The notes beneath the pieces are model-generated. The model did not search any database. It was not told the origin of the DNA and worked only from the letters and a program-made list of their open reading frames with translations. Position numbers and translations under genes: made by a program. A DNA stretch of 64,000 nt from contig JASHRV010000394.1 of assembly GCA_030037175.1 (NCBI GenBank), positions 2,975-66,974 of the forward strand. The letters run 5' to 3'. Shown here in pieces: positions 1 to 9,914 of the stretch. The DNA is from Acetobacteraceae bacterium (lineage in GTDB: Bacteria; Pseudomonadota; Alphaproteobacteria; Acetobacterales; Acetobacteraceae). Each line of letters begins with the position of its first letter. Within the stretch, counting starts at the first letter, position 1.

Positions 1-801
1 GCGCCGCGGCCCGGTTATGACAGCCTGATCCAGGCGATGGGCGGGGTGATGAGCCTGACAGGAGAGCCGGATGGGTTGCCGCAGAAGGTGGGTGTGCCGG
101 TGGCCGACCTTTTCGCCGGGCTCTATGGCTGCATCGGTGTTCTCGCGGCTTTGCGCGAGCGCGAGGTGAGCGGGCGCGGACAGGCAATCGATATCGGGAT
201 GCTCGATGCGCATGTCGCCTGGCTTGCAAACCAGGGCATGAATTATCTCGCCACCAACGAAAATCCACCGCGGCTCGGCAATCAGCACCCGAACATCGTC
301 CCCTATCAGGTCTTCCCGACGGCGGATGGGCATATCGTGCTCTCGATCGGCAATGACGCAACCTTCGTCCGCTTCTGCGAGAGCTTCTCGCTCGCGCATC
401 TGCTCGCCGACCCGCGCTTCGCAACCAACGCCAAGCGCGTCGAAAACCGCGCGCTCGTCACCGATACGTTGACCCCGGTCATGCGCCAGCATCCGACCGC
501 ATGGTGGGTCGAGAAGCTCGAGGCGCTCAAGATCGGTTGCGGGCCGATCAACCGGCTCTCGGACGTATTCGCCGATCCGCAGGTCATTGCGCGCGAAATG
601 GTCTTCACGATGCCGCACGAGGCGCTGCCGGAGGGCGAGCAGGTGCGGCTCATCGCAAACCCGGTGCGGCTTTCCGAAAGCCCAGTGAACTACCGCGTTC
701 CGCCACCCGTGCTCGGCGAGCACACCGATGCGGTGCTGGGCACGCTGCTCGACCTCGGCAAGGAAGATCTCGCCTCCTTGCGCGCCAAGGGCATCATCTG
801 A
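1..801 (+). CDS. Family III CoA-transferase (CaiB/BaiF type), 5'-truncated by window edge
   Basis: Frame 1 is open from nt 1. The translation (..GYDSLIQAMGGVMSLTGEPDG.., NQHPNIVPYQVF, DPRFATN) fits the family III CoA-transferase core. Stop at 799-801. Confidence 0.85.
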   Translation, partial: APRPGYDSLIQAMGGVMSLTGEPDGLPQKVGVPVADLFAGLYGCIGVLAALREREVSGRGQAIDIGMLDAHVAWLANQGMNYLATNENPPRLGNQHPNIVPYQVFPTADGHIVLSIGNDATFVRFCESFSLAHLLADPRFATNAKRVENRALVTDTLTPVMRQHPTAWWVEKLEALKIGCGPINRLSDVFADPQVIAREMVFTMPHEALPEGEQVRLIANPVRLSESPVNYRVPPPVLGEHTDAVLGTLLDLGKEDLASLRAKGII

Positions 802-1640
802 TGTGGCCGCGTCAGGGCGAGGTGCGCTGCCTCCTCGGCGAGGCCTTCTATCGCATGGCATATGTCGAGATGGGCAATCCGGCGGCGGAGCCGGTGGTCT
901 GCGTGCACGGGCTCACCCGCAACGCGCGCGATTTCGATCCGCTGATGGAGGCGCTTTCGGACCAATTTCTGGTGATTGCGCCGGACCTTCCGGGGCGCGG
1001 GCGCTCGGAATGGCTGCCGCGCGGCGATCTCTACCAGCCGCCGATCTATGTGCTGGCACTCGCACATCTTCTGGCCGCGATCGGTCGGCCGGTGACGTGG
1101 GTCGGAACCTCGCTCGGCGGCATATGCGGCATGATGATCGCCGCCGCGGCCGGCCAGCCGATCACGCGCATGGTGCTGAACGATGTCGGCCCGCATATCC
1201 CGAAAGCGGCGCTTACCCGCATCCGCGACTATATGAAGACGGTTCCCGAAAGCTTTCCCGACTTTACGGCGCTGGAGGCCTATCTGCGCCAGGTTCACGC
1301 GGCGTTCGGCAAGCTTTCGGACGCGGAATGGGCGCACATGGCGCGCTTCTCCGCCCGCTCAGTGCAGGACGGAAAGCTGGCTCTGCACTACGATCCAAAG
1401 ATCGCCGAACCGATCCGCGCCCAGGAGCCCAACGACATCGAGTTGTGGCCGTTGTGGGAGCGCATCCGTGTTCCGATCCTCGCGATCCGCGGCGAGCAGA
1501 GCGATCTGCTGCTGCCCGATACGTTGCAGAAGATGGCCGCCTCCGGCGCGCAAAGCCTGATCGTGCCCGAGGCCGGACACGCGCCGGCACTTTCGGACCG
1601 GACCAGCATTGAAGCGATCAGGGCGTTTCTGTCGGGCTGA
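801..1640 (+). CDS. Alpha/beta-fold hydrolase
   Basis: ATG at 801 overlaps the upstream TGA (ATGA coupling). HGLTRNARDF motif and intact G-T-S-L-G-G nucleophile elbow. The longer ORF from 501 only overlaps the upstream gene. Confidence 0.8.
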   Translation: MWPRQGEVRCLLGEAFYRMAYVEMGNPAAEPVVCVHGLTRNARDFDPLMEALSDQFLVIAPDLPGRGRSEWLPRGDLYQPPIYVLALAHLLAAIGRPVTWVGTSLGGICGMMIAAAAGQPITRMVLNDVGPHIPKAALTRIRDYMKTVPESFPDFTALEAYLRQVHAAFGKLSDAEWAHMARFSARSVQDGKLALHYDPKIAEPIRAQEPNDIELWPLWERIRVPILAIRGEQSDLLLPDTLQKMAASGAQSLIVPEAGHAPALSDRTSIEAIRAFLSG

Positions 1641-1836
1641 AAAGGAACAGGCTTCTTTTTCTGAAGGAAAAAGAAGCAAAAAGACTTTTCCCCGTTTTCC
1701 GGACCCGGCACCGGCGCGAGACTCCGAACGATCGACGAAAAACGGATAAAAGTTTTCTGGCTCTCTTTTTTTAAAAGAGAACACTCTTTGTGACTTATCG
1801 CGCGAAGAATCCCGAAAAATTCGCTACACGCTTTAG
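1641..1836 (+). repeat. Intergenic composite-hairpin element, copy A
   Basis: Shares the core CTTCTTTTTCTGAAG(G)AAAAAGAAGCAAAAAGACTTTT..CCGTTTTCCGGACC..GACTCCGAACG..AAAACGG, a second AT hairpin, and the ..ACACGCTTTAG end with copies at 9702, 15896, 25624, 37047 and 42318. Confidence 0.85.
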
Positions 1837-1857
1837 GCAGGAAGGGTGCGTTTCGGG

Positions 1858-2778
1858 TCAGGCCTGCGCGACGCTCCGGTCCGATGCGAGCGTGAGGCCC
1901 GGCGCGCTATCCGCGAGCTCCGCGAGAACGCGGCCGAGCTCGGTCTTGCCGAGACGACGCGCCTCGGCGCGCAGCTGGACCGCATGAATGAAGCCCATGC
2001 GGAACGCAACTTCCTCAGGGCAGCCGACGAGCATGCCCGCACGCGTCTGGATGGTCTGCACGAAGGTTGCGGCCTGAATGAGGGAGTCGGGCGTGCCCGC
2101 GTCGAGCCAGGCGCAGCCGCGCGAGAGGCGTTCGACATGCAGCCTGCCTGCCTCAAGATAGATGCGGTTGAGGTCTGTGATCTCGAGCTCGCCGCGCGCG
2201 GAGGGCTTCAGGTTGCGCGCATACTCGCCAACGCGTCCGTCGTAGAAATAGAGGCCGGTGACCGCCCAGTTGGACCGAGGCGCGGGGGGCTTCTCGACGA
2301 TATCGGTGGCGCGGCCGTCCTCGGTAAATGATATGACGCCGTAACGTTCTGGGTCCCGTACCTGATAGGCGAAGATGGTAGCCCCGTCATCGCGGGCAGC
2401 GGCCCGGCGCAGCAGCGTTGAAAGATGATCGGCATGGACAAGGTTGTCGCCGAGCGCGAGCGCCACCGGCTCGCCGTTCAGCCATTCGGCACCGATGTGG
2501 AAAGCCTGGGCGATGCCGTCCGGCCGCGGCTGCTCGGCATAGGTGAAGCGGATGCCGAGGCGCTCGCCCGAACCGAGCAGCCGGCGAAACTGCGGCAGGT
2601 CCTGGGGCGTGGAGATCAACAGGATGTCGCGGATGCCGGCGAGCATCAGCGTGGAGAGAGGGTAATAGACCATCGGCTTGTCATAGACAGGCAAGAGCTG
2701 CTTCGAGGCCGCCAGCGTCATCGGGTGCAGCCGCGTGCCGGAGCCGCCGGCGAGCAGGATTCCCTTGACGATGCTCAT
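1858..2778 (-). CDS. rfbA: Glucose-1-phosphate thymidylyltransferase
   Basis: [46 protein letters not shown] is the RmlA signature. The start at 2778 overlaps the rfbB stop. Confidence 0.93.
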   Translation of the reverse strand: MSIVKGILLAGGSGTRLHPMTLAASKQLLPVYDKPMVYYPLSTLMLAGIRDILLISTPQDLPQFRRLLGSGERLGIRFTYAEQPRPDGIAQAFHIGAEWLNGEPVALALGDNLVHADHLSTLLRRAAARDDGATIFAYQVRDPERYGVISFTEDGRATDIVEKPPAPRSNWAVTGLYFYDGRVGEYARNLKPSARGELEITDLNRIYLEAGRLHVERLSRGCAWLDAGTPDSLIQAATFVQTIQTRAGMLVGCPEEVAFRMGFIHAVQLRAEARRLGKTELGRVLAELADSAPGLTLASDRSVAQA

Positions 2779-3830
2779 GCTGCGGTACCGAGCCGCTGGC
2801 CGGCATAGCGCCCAGAGCGGATCGTTTCCCACCATTCTCGGTTGTCGAGGTACCATGTAAGCGTTCGGCGCAGACCCAGGGTGAGGTCGTGGCAAGGCTT
2901 CCAGTCGAGTGCGGCCTCCGTCGCGCCGGGGTCGATCTCGTAGCGGAAATCGTGGCCGGGCCGGTCGGTGACGAAGCGGATCAACCGAGCGCGAGGTCCG
3001 GCGGGATCGGGAACGATCTCGTCGAGCAGGGCGCAGATCGTCTGCACGATTTCAAGGTTGCTTCGCCCCGAGCGCCCTCCGATGCAGTAGGTGCCGCCCG
3101 GCTCGCCCCCCTCGAGCACACGCACCAACGCTTCGGCATGATCCTCGACATAGAGCCAGTCCCTGCGGTTCTCGCCCCGCCCGTAGACCGGCAGGGGCTT
3201 GCCCTCGAGGGCATTGAGCGTGACCAGCGGGATCAGCTTCTCCGGAAACTGCCAGGGGCCATAATTGTTGGTGGTGTTGGAGACGAGGGTTGGCAGGCCA
3301 TAGGTGTGGAACCAGGCACGCACGAGATGATCAGCAGCCGCCTTGGAGGCGGCATAGGGGCTGCGGGGGGAATAGGCGGTCTCTTCCGTGAAGGGTGGGT
3401 CCTCAGAGCCGAGGGCGCCAAACACCTCGTCCGTGGAAATGTGATGGAAGCGGAAGCGGGCCTTCGCGTCGGGGCCGAGCTGCGACCAGTAGGCGCGCGC
3501 GGCCTCCAGCAAAACATAAGTGCCGACAATGTTGGTCTGGACGAAATCACCCGGACCGTCGATCGAGCGATCCACATGACTCTCGGCCGCGAGATGCATC
3601 ACGGCATCGGGCTTATGGGTGGCGAAGGCGGCCCGCATGGCCTCGGCGTCGGTGATATCGGCACGGATCAGGAAGTGCCTGGAACTCTCTCGTGCCTCCT
3701 CCAGAGCGTCCTCGGAGGCAGCGTAGGTCATCTTGTCGATATTCACGACGCTGTGGTCGCTTGTGCGGATAAGGTGCCGCACCACTGCCGAGCCTATGAA
3801 GCCGCACCCGCCGGTAAGAAGTATCCGCAT
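2775..3830 (-). CDS. rfbB: dTDP-glucose 4,6-dehydratase
   Basis: [17 protein letters not shown] Rossmann start and a [11 protein letters not shown] catalytic YxxxK. An alternative start lies 12 nt upstream at 3842. Confidence 0.93.
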   Translation of the reverse strand: MRILLTGGCGFIGSAVVRHLIRTSDHSVVNIDKMTYAASEDALEEARESSRHFLIRADITDAEAMRAAFATHKPDAVMHLAAESHVDRSIDGPGDFVQTNIVGTYVLLEAARAYWSQLGPDAKARFRFHHISTDEVFGALGSEDPPFTEETAYSPRSPYAASKAAADHLVRAWFHTYGLPTLVSNTTNNYGPWQFPEKLIPLVTLNALEGKPLPVYGRGENRRDWLYVEDHAEALVRVLEGGEPGGTYCIGGRSGRSNLEIVQTICALLDEIVPDPAGPRARLIRFVTDRPGHDFRYEIDPGATEAALDWKPCHDLTLGLRRTLTWYLDNREWWETIRSGRYAGQRLGTAA

Positions 3831-3921
3831 CTTTCCCCGCACCGCTGGTCAGCCCGATAGCCCGGCGCCCGGCATCCCGGGCCCCGAACCATGTTCAAGC
3901 TGACCCGGTCGGGCCGGCCGA

Positions 3922-5127
3922 TCAAGTCTCGATATTGAGCGAGCTGCCGCTGCTCACGCCGACGAAGGTGATCTTGGTTCCATCCGAGAGGCCGAGGACG
4001 GTGTTGCCGCCGGCCGAGGTCTCGGTCGGGGTGCCGGTGTAGCCGGACAGGGTGACGACGTCGCCGGAGTGGTAGTTGTAAACGTCGTAGGTGCTCGCTG
4101 CGTTGGTCAGCCCCTTGACGAACTGGAAATTCGTTGCCCCCGAGCCGCCCAACATGATGTCGCCGCCGGCGCCGGCAATCATCGCGTCCTGCCCGCTGCC
4201 GCCATACATCGAGTCGAGGCCATGGGAATTGGCGCTGGTGAGGGTCTCGTTGCCCGAAGCTGCGGCCAGCTTGTCGCCAAGGCTGCCGCCGGCGGCGAGC
4301 GTATCACCCGAGCCGCCGCCGAAGATGGTGGCCTGCCCGGTGCCGCCGGAGATCGAATTGTGACCGGCAGACCCGCCCTGATAGAGGCCGCCGCCAGCGC
4401 CACCCTGGATGGTCTCACTCCCCGTGCCGCCGACGACCGTGGAGGGCGCGGAGCCGTTGATGAACGTGAGATTGCCGGAGCCGCCGAAGATCAAAGCCGA
4501 ATCATTGCCGCTGACCGAGATGGTGTCGTTCCCCGAGGACGCGACGACGGTGTCGTTGTTGCCGGAGAGGGAGACCGTGTCATTGCCGTTCTCGAGCCCG
4601 ACCAGGTTCGAGCCACCGCCGGTGCTGATCACATTATTGCCGGTAAAGGCGGTGATCGTCTCATTACCGGGCCCGCCGACGATGAGGTAATTGCCACCGC
4701 CAGAAGTGGGGGTGCCGATCAGATTGTTGCCCTGTCCGGAAACGACGGTGCCGGAGCCGCCTCCGGTGTTGAACTCGACGCCGGCGACCGAAGAGATCAG
4801 GACGCTCTGATTCTCGCCGCCATTCCCCTGGACACTCGTGAAGCCGTTGTAGGTCTCGATCGCGGTGAAATGATAGCTGGATGGGACAGTGACTGGCGCG
4901 GTGAGAGGGAGCAGCGTCTCGACGATCGCAAGCACGCCGGTATTGCCGCCGGGCACCGTGGAGATCGATTGATTGTTCGCCGTGTAGAACTGGAATGTCT
5001 CGGTTCCGTCCTGGGACGGGACCAGCAATGTATTCGCCAGCTGTTGGGCGAGCTGGAAATCCGAATTGCTGGCGAAGGCCATCTGGAAGTCGAAGTTGAT
5101 GCCGGATGGAACCGATACAGACGGCAT
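3922..5127 (-). CDS. Gly/Asn/Thr/Ser-rich beta-helix repeat protein with C-terminal RTX nonapeptides (probable type I secretion substrate)
   Basis: No N-terminal signal peptide and no Cys. Repeats run as ..GNDTVSLSGNNDTVVASSGNDTISVSGND... Three consecutive GGxGxDxxx 9-mers (YGGSGQDAMIAGAGGDIMLGGSGAT) are followed by a ~70 aa tail, as in T1SS substrates. Confidence 0.7.
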   Translation of the reverse strand: MPSVSVPSGINFDFQMAFASNSDFQLAQQLANTLLVPSQDGTETFQFYTANNQSISTVPGGNTGVLAIVETLLPLTAPVTVPSSYHFTAIETYNGFTSVQGNGGENQSVLISSVAGVEFNTGGGSGTVVSGQGNNLIGTPTSGGGNYLIVGGPGNETITAFTGNNVISTGGGSNLVGLENGNDTVSLSGNNDTVVASSGNDTISVSGNDSALIFGGSGNLTFINGSAPSTVVGGTGSETIQGGAGGGLYQGGSAGHNSISGGTGQATIFGGGSGDTLAAGGSLGDKLAAASGNETLTSANSHGLDSMYGGSGQDAMIAGAGGDIMLGGSGATNFQFVKGLTNAASTYDVYNYHSGDVVTLSGYTGTPTETSAGGNTVLGLSDGTKITFVGVSSGSSLNIET

Positions 5128-5188
5128 GAGATCCCCTCACCGCCAGTCTTCCGGAGCGCACAGGAAGGCGGGGCGCTCGTTCAGACAT

Positions 5189-5208
5189 CGTTAACTGATC
5201 TGTTAACG
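5189..5208. promoter_or_regulatory. Near-palindromic operator-like site CGTTAAC-TGATCT-GTTAACG
   Basis: Two GTTAAC hexamers flank a GATC centre in an AT-rich patch about 60 bp upstream of the RTX-like gene start. Confidence 0.25.
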
Positions 5209-5742
5209 CGTCCGTAAATGGTGCACATGCGAAAAGCAAGTGTTAATTCCGTGTCGGAAGATTTTTCACTGTTGGCTTCCTGCTTCCGCACATGAGAGGC
5301 TTGGCCTGTCCCGGGTCTCGCGGCCGCAGATTGAATTCGGACGGTTTCGGGCGGGGAGCCAAGACCAACCGCCGGCTACCCGGTATCGCCAAAGGCCATC
5401 TCGCGAGGCGCGAGATGGTCAGCAGAAGCAGCCGTGCCAGCAGCAAGAGGCCGGCGCCGAGCTGCCAGCCGGTGCCCCCCCCGGCCTGAGCCTGGCCGTC
5501 CGCCTCGCCCAGGGGCGCCGGCGGCAGGCCACCGGAGCATGACGGACGCATCGTCGGCGTGGGCCTTTCCAGGCGGGCATCAGGTGCCTACCCTTGGGCA
5601 GACGATGTCGACGGAACCGTGATATTCGCTGCTCCGCGTGGCTTTCTGCGTGCCTTCGCCCTGCCCATGGCCGTAGCTGGGGGAAAGGGAGACCGAATGG
5701 CTCACGCGCAGGCGGGCCACGACTGGAAAAGGACAATCAGGA

Positions 5743-5958
5743 ATGATCCGTAAGCTTCTCGTACCATTCCTCCTCGGCAGCCTCGCGCTTGGGCTTGCCG
5801 GCTGCGGGTACAGCCCGGGAACACGTGCGCTCACGGGCGGAGCGATTGGTGCCGGCGCCGGTGCCGGCATCGCTGCGGCCACCGGCGGCAAGCCTGCTAC
5901 CGGCGCGCTGATCGGCGGCGCTGTCGGCGCCATCGGCGGCGCGGTCACGGCGCCCTGA
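5743..5958 (+). CDS. Small glycine-zipper lipoprotein
   Basis: Signal peptide with lipobox LAG|C, then GxxxG-type glycine zipper repeats (GAIGAGAGAGIAAATGG..GALIGGAVGAIGGAV). Confidence 0.75.
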   Translation: MIRKLLVPFLLGSLALGLAGCGYSPGTRALTGGAIGAGAGAGIAAATGGKPATGALIGGAVGAIGGAVTAP

Positions 5959-6034
5959 AAGCCGAGAGGCGACGGGAGTTCCGAATCTCCGGAAAGCTCA
6001 GGTTTCAGCGGGAGCCAAGCCGCCTCTCGGCCTT

Positions 6035-7144
6035 TCAGAGCGGCGGTGCTGTCGAGGCGCGGACGACAATGCTGATATTGACGTGAGTCGCGTGGGGCGG
6101 CGTTTCACCGGCAAGCCGCTTCAGCACGTAGTCCGCAGCGAGCCGTCCCATTTCCGCGGTCGGGACGCGGACGGAGGACAATCCGAGCTGGCCAGAGAGC
6201 TCGAGGTCGCCGAAACCTATGATTGAGAGTTCCCGCCCGACCGCGATCCCGCGTTCCCTGGCTTCGAACAGCACACCCTGAGCGATGATGTCATTTCCGC
6301 AGACGATCGCGCTTGGCCGCACAGCGCCGGCCATGAGGGCGCGAAATCCGCTCCGCCCGCCCTCGATCGTGTAGGGCTGCTCGACGATCGGCGCCCACCA
6401 GTTCGAATCGCCCTCTGCGGCCAAGGCTTCTCTCACACCCGTGATCCGGCCGGCAGCGCGGTCATTGCCCTGCGCGATCCCCGCGACCATCCCGATGAGG
6501 CGGTGGCCAAGGCCAAGCAAATGCCGGGCTGCGAGTATGCCCGCCTCCCGGTTGTCGAACCCGACGCAAGGGTAGGCCCCCTCCGGCTCGAACACGCCCT
6601 GATTGACGAAGGGCACACGGCTCTTTTCGAGCGCCGCATAAACCTCCCCGAGGTGCGAAGCGCCCATATAGATCAGACCGTCCACCCCGCGGGCGAGAAA
6701 GGCTTCGGTGAGGTGGAGCTCGCGGCGCGAATCGAAGCCGGTGGATCCGATGAGCAGCGTGTAGCCCCCTTCTTCGAGGCGGGCCTGAATCGCCTCGAGC
6801 CCGGAGGCGAAGACGTTGTTCTGGATCGTGGGAACGATCGCGCTCACCGTCCATGAGCGTTGGGCGGCGAGCATCCGTGCGGCGATATTCGGCCGGTATT
6901 GCAGGGTCTCCACCGCCGCGCCGATGCGTGCGCGCAGACTGGCGCTCACCATGGCGGGCTTGTTGAGCGCGCGCGAAGCAGTGGCCGTCGAGACCTCGGC
7001 GAGGCGGGCCACATCGGCGAGCAGGCTCTTCGCCCCTCGCTTCCGCTTCCTTGTGCCGCCTGCATTGCCTGAAGGCCTGTCCGACACGTTCCAGCCCACT
7101 TCGACGTCCTGTAACGGCTTACATGGCGCCGCAGGGGGAGGCAA
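6035..7144 (-). CDS. LacI-family transcriptional regulator
   Basis: HTH LLADVARLAEVSTATASRALN, then YRPN and a periplasmic-binding-fold effector domain. The start is uncertain (TTG at 7144 or internal GTGs). Confidence 0.85.
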   Translation of the reverse strand: MPPPAAPCKPLQDVEVGWNVSDRPSGNAGGTRKRKRGAKSLLADVARLAEVSTATASRALNKPAMVSASLRARIGAAVETLQYRPNIAARMLAAQRSWTVSAIVPTIQNNVFASGLEAIQARLEEGGYTLLIGSTGFDSRRELHLTEAFLARGVDGLIYMGASHLGEVYAALEKSRVPFVNQGVFEPEGAYPCVGFDNREAGILAARHLLGLGHRLIGMVAGIAQGNDRAAGRITGVREALAAEGDSNWWAPIVEQPYTIEGGRSGFRALMAGAVRPSAIVCGNDIIAQGVLFEARERGIAVGRELSIIGFGDLELSGQLGLSSVRVPTAEMGRLAADYVLKRLAGETPPHATHVNISIVVRASTAPPL

Positions 7145-7155
7145 TCAACGGAGCA

Positions 7156-7815
7156 TCACGGCCCATCGAGGGTGACGTCGGCCTGAACCGTCGCGGTGAC
7201 CGACGTCTCAGCGGGGACTGCATTCGGAGGCACGCCCCGCGCGGCCATCAGCATCATGGGCTGAATGGGTGTCGGCGGCTCCGCCTGAGCAAGCCAGATC
7301 TCCCGGAATCCCATGAAATGCATGCCAAGCACTCTTGCGGCCGCCTCGGCCTTCCCCTTGAGCTCGGCAAGGGCCATCGCCTGGGCCTTCTCGCGCGTTG
7401 CTTCCATGGTCTTGTCCGCGAGCTGCCAGGCGAGCGCGGAGACCGCGAGCCCCTCGCCTTGGAGCTCGCCGACCAGGCCAAGCAGCGCGGCGCCGTCGTG
7501 GGCGTCGAGCACAAGCGTCTGCCGCGCGTCCCATTGCGGATGCGGGTCGGTTGCGAACCAGACGGAATAGGTCCCGGTCGATGTGGTGACCGCGGGAACC
7601 GCGCGCGCCGCGGCCAGCGCCTTCGCAATCATGGAATTGACCTCGTTCTGAGCCGTTACCGGCGAGCCAGCATGGGCCTCGGCAGCCAGCTCCGCGCGGA
7701 GCAGGTCCGGCATGACACTAACGGTCGCTGTTGCAGAGAGATGGAGAATCGTCGCGGCACGCGCAGGCCCAGCGGCAACAAGCAGAAGCAGGGCAAGCCT
7801 GGTGGCAGCGCGCAT
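7156..7815 (-). CDS. SIMPL/DUF541-family periplasmic protein
   Basis: Signal peptide MRAATRLALLLLVAAGPARA, with length and composition typical of the SIMPL family. The start at 7815 abuts the upstream gene's stop. Confidence 0.75.
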   Translation of the reverse strand: MRAATRLALLLLVAAGPARAATILHLSATATVSVMPDLLRAELAAEAHAGSPVTAQNEVNSMIAKALAAARAVPAVTTSTGTYSVWFATDPHPQWDARQTLVLDAHDGAALLGLVGELQGEGLAVSALAWQLADKTMEATREKAQAMALAELKGKAEAAARVLGMHFMGFREIWLAQAEPPTPIQPMMLMAARGVPPNAVPAETSVTATVQADVTLDGP

Positions 7816-7816
7816 C

Positions 7817-9553
7817 TCAGTGGATCTCGGGCTCGGGTGTGCGCATGCGGAGGTCTGCCGCGCCCTCGAGGATCGCGTAGTCGCAGCCCTCGTTTGCCTG
7901 GCGAACCTCGCGGGTGTGCAGCAGGCCGAAACCGCGCACGTAGTGCGCGGGCGGCGCCGTCCAAGCAGCGCGGCGGCGGGCGAGCTCGGCCTCCGGCACA
8001 TCGAGGGAGAGGCGGCGGCCGGGCACGTCGAGCGTCACCGCATCGCCGTCCTCGACAAGGGCGAGCGGGCCACCGACCGCGCTTTCCGGCGCAACATGCA
8101 GCACGCAGGTACCATAGCTCGTACCCGACATGCGCGCATCCGAGATGCGCACCACGTCCCGCACCCCCTGGCGCAGGAGCTTCTTGGGCAGTGGCAGCAT
8201 GCCCCATTCCGGCATGCCGGGGCCTCCCACCGGACCGGCATTCTGCAGCACCAGCACCGAATCGGCGCTCACCGGCAGATCGGGATCGTCGATCCGCTTC
8301 GCCATGTCGTTATAGTCGCGGAACACGACCGCCGGGCCGGTGTGGCACAGCAGCTTGGGATCGGCCGCGCTCGCCTTGATCACCGCGCCATCGGGGGCAA
8401 GATTGCCGCGCAGCACGGCGAGCCCGGCGTCCGGCTTAAGCGGGTTGTTGCGCGGTAGGATGACCTCGTCATTGAAGACTTTTGCGCCTGCGACCGCCTC
8501 GCCAAGCGTTGCACCCCCGACGGTGCGCTGGGAGAGGTCGAGGAGGTCGGAAAGCCGCGCCATCAGCGCGCGAAGGCCGCCCGCGTAATAGAAATCCTCC
8601 ATCAGGTACGTGCCCGAAGGGCGGATATTGGCAAGCAGCGGTGTCGTGCGGGAGAGCGCGTCGAAGCGATCGAGATCGAGCGGGATGCCGGCGCGGCGTG
8701 CCATCGCGATCAGATGGACAACGGCATTGGTCGAGCCGCCGAGGGCGAGCGAGACCGTTGCCGCATTGTCGAAGCTCCCGGCGGTGAGAAGCCGCGAGGG
8801 CCGCTCGTCGTTCCAGGCAAGCTCGACGATGCGGCGCCCGACCGCCGTTGCCATCCGGGCGTGATTGGCATCCGGGGCGGGGATCGAAGAGCTGCCAGGC
8901 AGGGCGAGGCCGAGCGTCTCGACGGCACTCATCATCGTGCTCGCCGTGCCCATCGTCATGCAGGTCCCCCAGGAGCGGGCGATCCCTGTCTCGACCCCTT
9001 TCCAGTCATCCTCGGTGATCGTGCCGGCGCGGAGCTCGTCCCAGTATTTCCATGCATCCGAGCCCGAGCCGAGCGTGTGCCCGGCCCAATAGCCGCGCAG
9101 CATTGGCCCGGCGGGGAGGAAGATCGAGGGCAGATCGACGGCAAGAGCGCCCATGATGAGGCCGGGTGTGGTCTTGTCGCAGCCGCCCATCAGCACCAGC
9201 GCATCGAAGGGCTGGCTGCGCGCGATCTCTTCGACCTCCATCGCCAGCAGGTTGCGATAAAGCATCGAGGTCGGTTTCATGTACTGTTCGGAGACAGCGA
9301 GTGCCGGGATTTCGAGCGGCAGCCCGCCCGCCTCCCACACGCCGCGCTTCACCTCCTCGGCGCGGGTGCGAAAATGCTGGTGGCACTGGTTGAGGTCCGA
9401 CCAGGTATTGAGGATGCCGATCACCGGCTTGCCGGCCCAATCCGCCGGCGCATAGCCCATTTGCATCATTCGGCTGCGATGGCCGAAACTGCGCAGGTCG
9501 GTGGCGCCGAACCAGCGATGGCTGCGCAAGTCTTCGGCTTTCCGTCGCGGCAT
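7817..9553 (-). CDS. IlvD/Edd-family sugar-acid dehydratase (L-arabinonate dehydratase-like)
   Basis: LRSHRWFG..DLRSFGHRSRMMQMG, NTWSDLNQCHQHF, GGCDKTTPG and CMTMGTASTM motifs of the IlvD/Edd family. Confidence 0.9.
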   Translation of the reverse strand: MPRRKAEDLRSHRWFGATDLRSFGHRSRMMQMGYAPADWAGKPVIGILNTWSDLNQCHQHFRTRAEEVKRGVWEAGGLPLEIPALAVSEQYMKPTSMLYRNLLAMEVEEIARSQPFDALVLMGGCDKTTPGLIMGALAVDLPSIFLPAGPMLRGYWAGHTLGSGSDAWKYWDELRAGTITEDDWKGVETGIARSWGTCMTMGTASTMMSAVETLGLALPGSSSIPAPDANHARMATAVGRRIVELAWNDERPSRLLTAGSFDNAATVSLALGGSTNAVVHLIAMARRAGIPLDLDRFDALSRTTPLLANIRPSGTYLMEDFYYAGGLRALMARLSDLLDLSQRTVGGATLGEAVAGAKVFNDEVILPRNNPLKPDAGLAVLRGNLAPDGAVIKASAADPKLLCHTGPAVVFRDYNDMAKRIDDPDLPVSADSVLVLQNAGPVGGPGMPEWGMLPLPKKLLRQGVRDVVRISDARMSGTSYGTCVLHVAPESAVGGPLALVEDGDAVTLDVPGRRLSLDVPEAELARRRAAWTAPPAHYVRGFGLLHTREVRQANEGCDYAILEGAADLRMRTPEPEIH

Positions 9554-9701
9554 TTTTCCCCTCTCCTTGGGCGGCGCAGACTGCCCTGCTCATTCGAGCC
9601 GGGCAAGCCGTCCTCCGACAGGGTGGGTTGACGGCGACGCTGATGGTGGCCGTGAGCTGAGCCCCAGAGGCTCCGCTTCCGATACCCCCTCCGGGGCCCG
9701 G

Positions 9702-9893
9702 AAGCGTGTTATTAATCTTCCAGGATTCCTCGCGCCACAAGTCATCCGGAAGACTTCTATTCTTTCATTCGGAGTCCCGAAGTGGCGGAGGGTCCAGAAA
9801 ACGGAGAAAAGTCTTTTTGCTTCTTTTCCTTCAGAAAAAGAAGGCTCTTCCTTTCCTTTTCGACATTTCATCAAGGTGCATGACACCCTCTAT
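9702..9893 (-). repeat. Intergenic composite-hairpin element, copy B (inverted orientation)
   Basis: The reverse complement aligns with copy C from the GAGGGTGTCATGC.. end, through the AT hairpin and the GGAGTCCCGAAG core, to the AAGCGTGT.. end. Confidence 0.85.
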
Positions 9894-9914
9894 GCCTTCC
9901 TTTTCGGCCCCTTG

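Noticed and set aside
501-800. N-terminal 100 codons of track ORF 501..1640
   Set aside because: They overlap the well-supported CoA-transferase gene in another frame and are Arg/Ala/Gly-rich. The hydrolase homology begins at the ATG at 801.
1359-1784. ORFs spanning the repeat elements (also 9706..9921, 15922..16122, 25518..25862, 36869..37087 and the tail of 41837..42424), which share peptides like SESRAGAGSGKRGKVFLLLFLQKKKALPF
   Set aside because: The shared 'protein' motif reflects translation of the repeated DNA element in both orientations. There is no consistent start, RBS or length, and the composition is hairpin-derived.
5240-5742. Several 60-120 aa ORFs on both strands in the RTX-gene/lipoprotein spacer (e.g. 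5243..5551 minus, with one hydrophobic stretch)
   Set aside because: They are mutually overlapping, Arg/Pro/Gly/Ala-rich, and have no RBS or motifs. I could not support any as coding, so the region remains unexplained.
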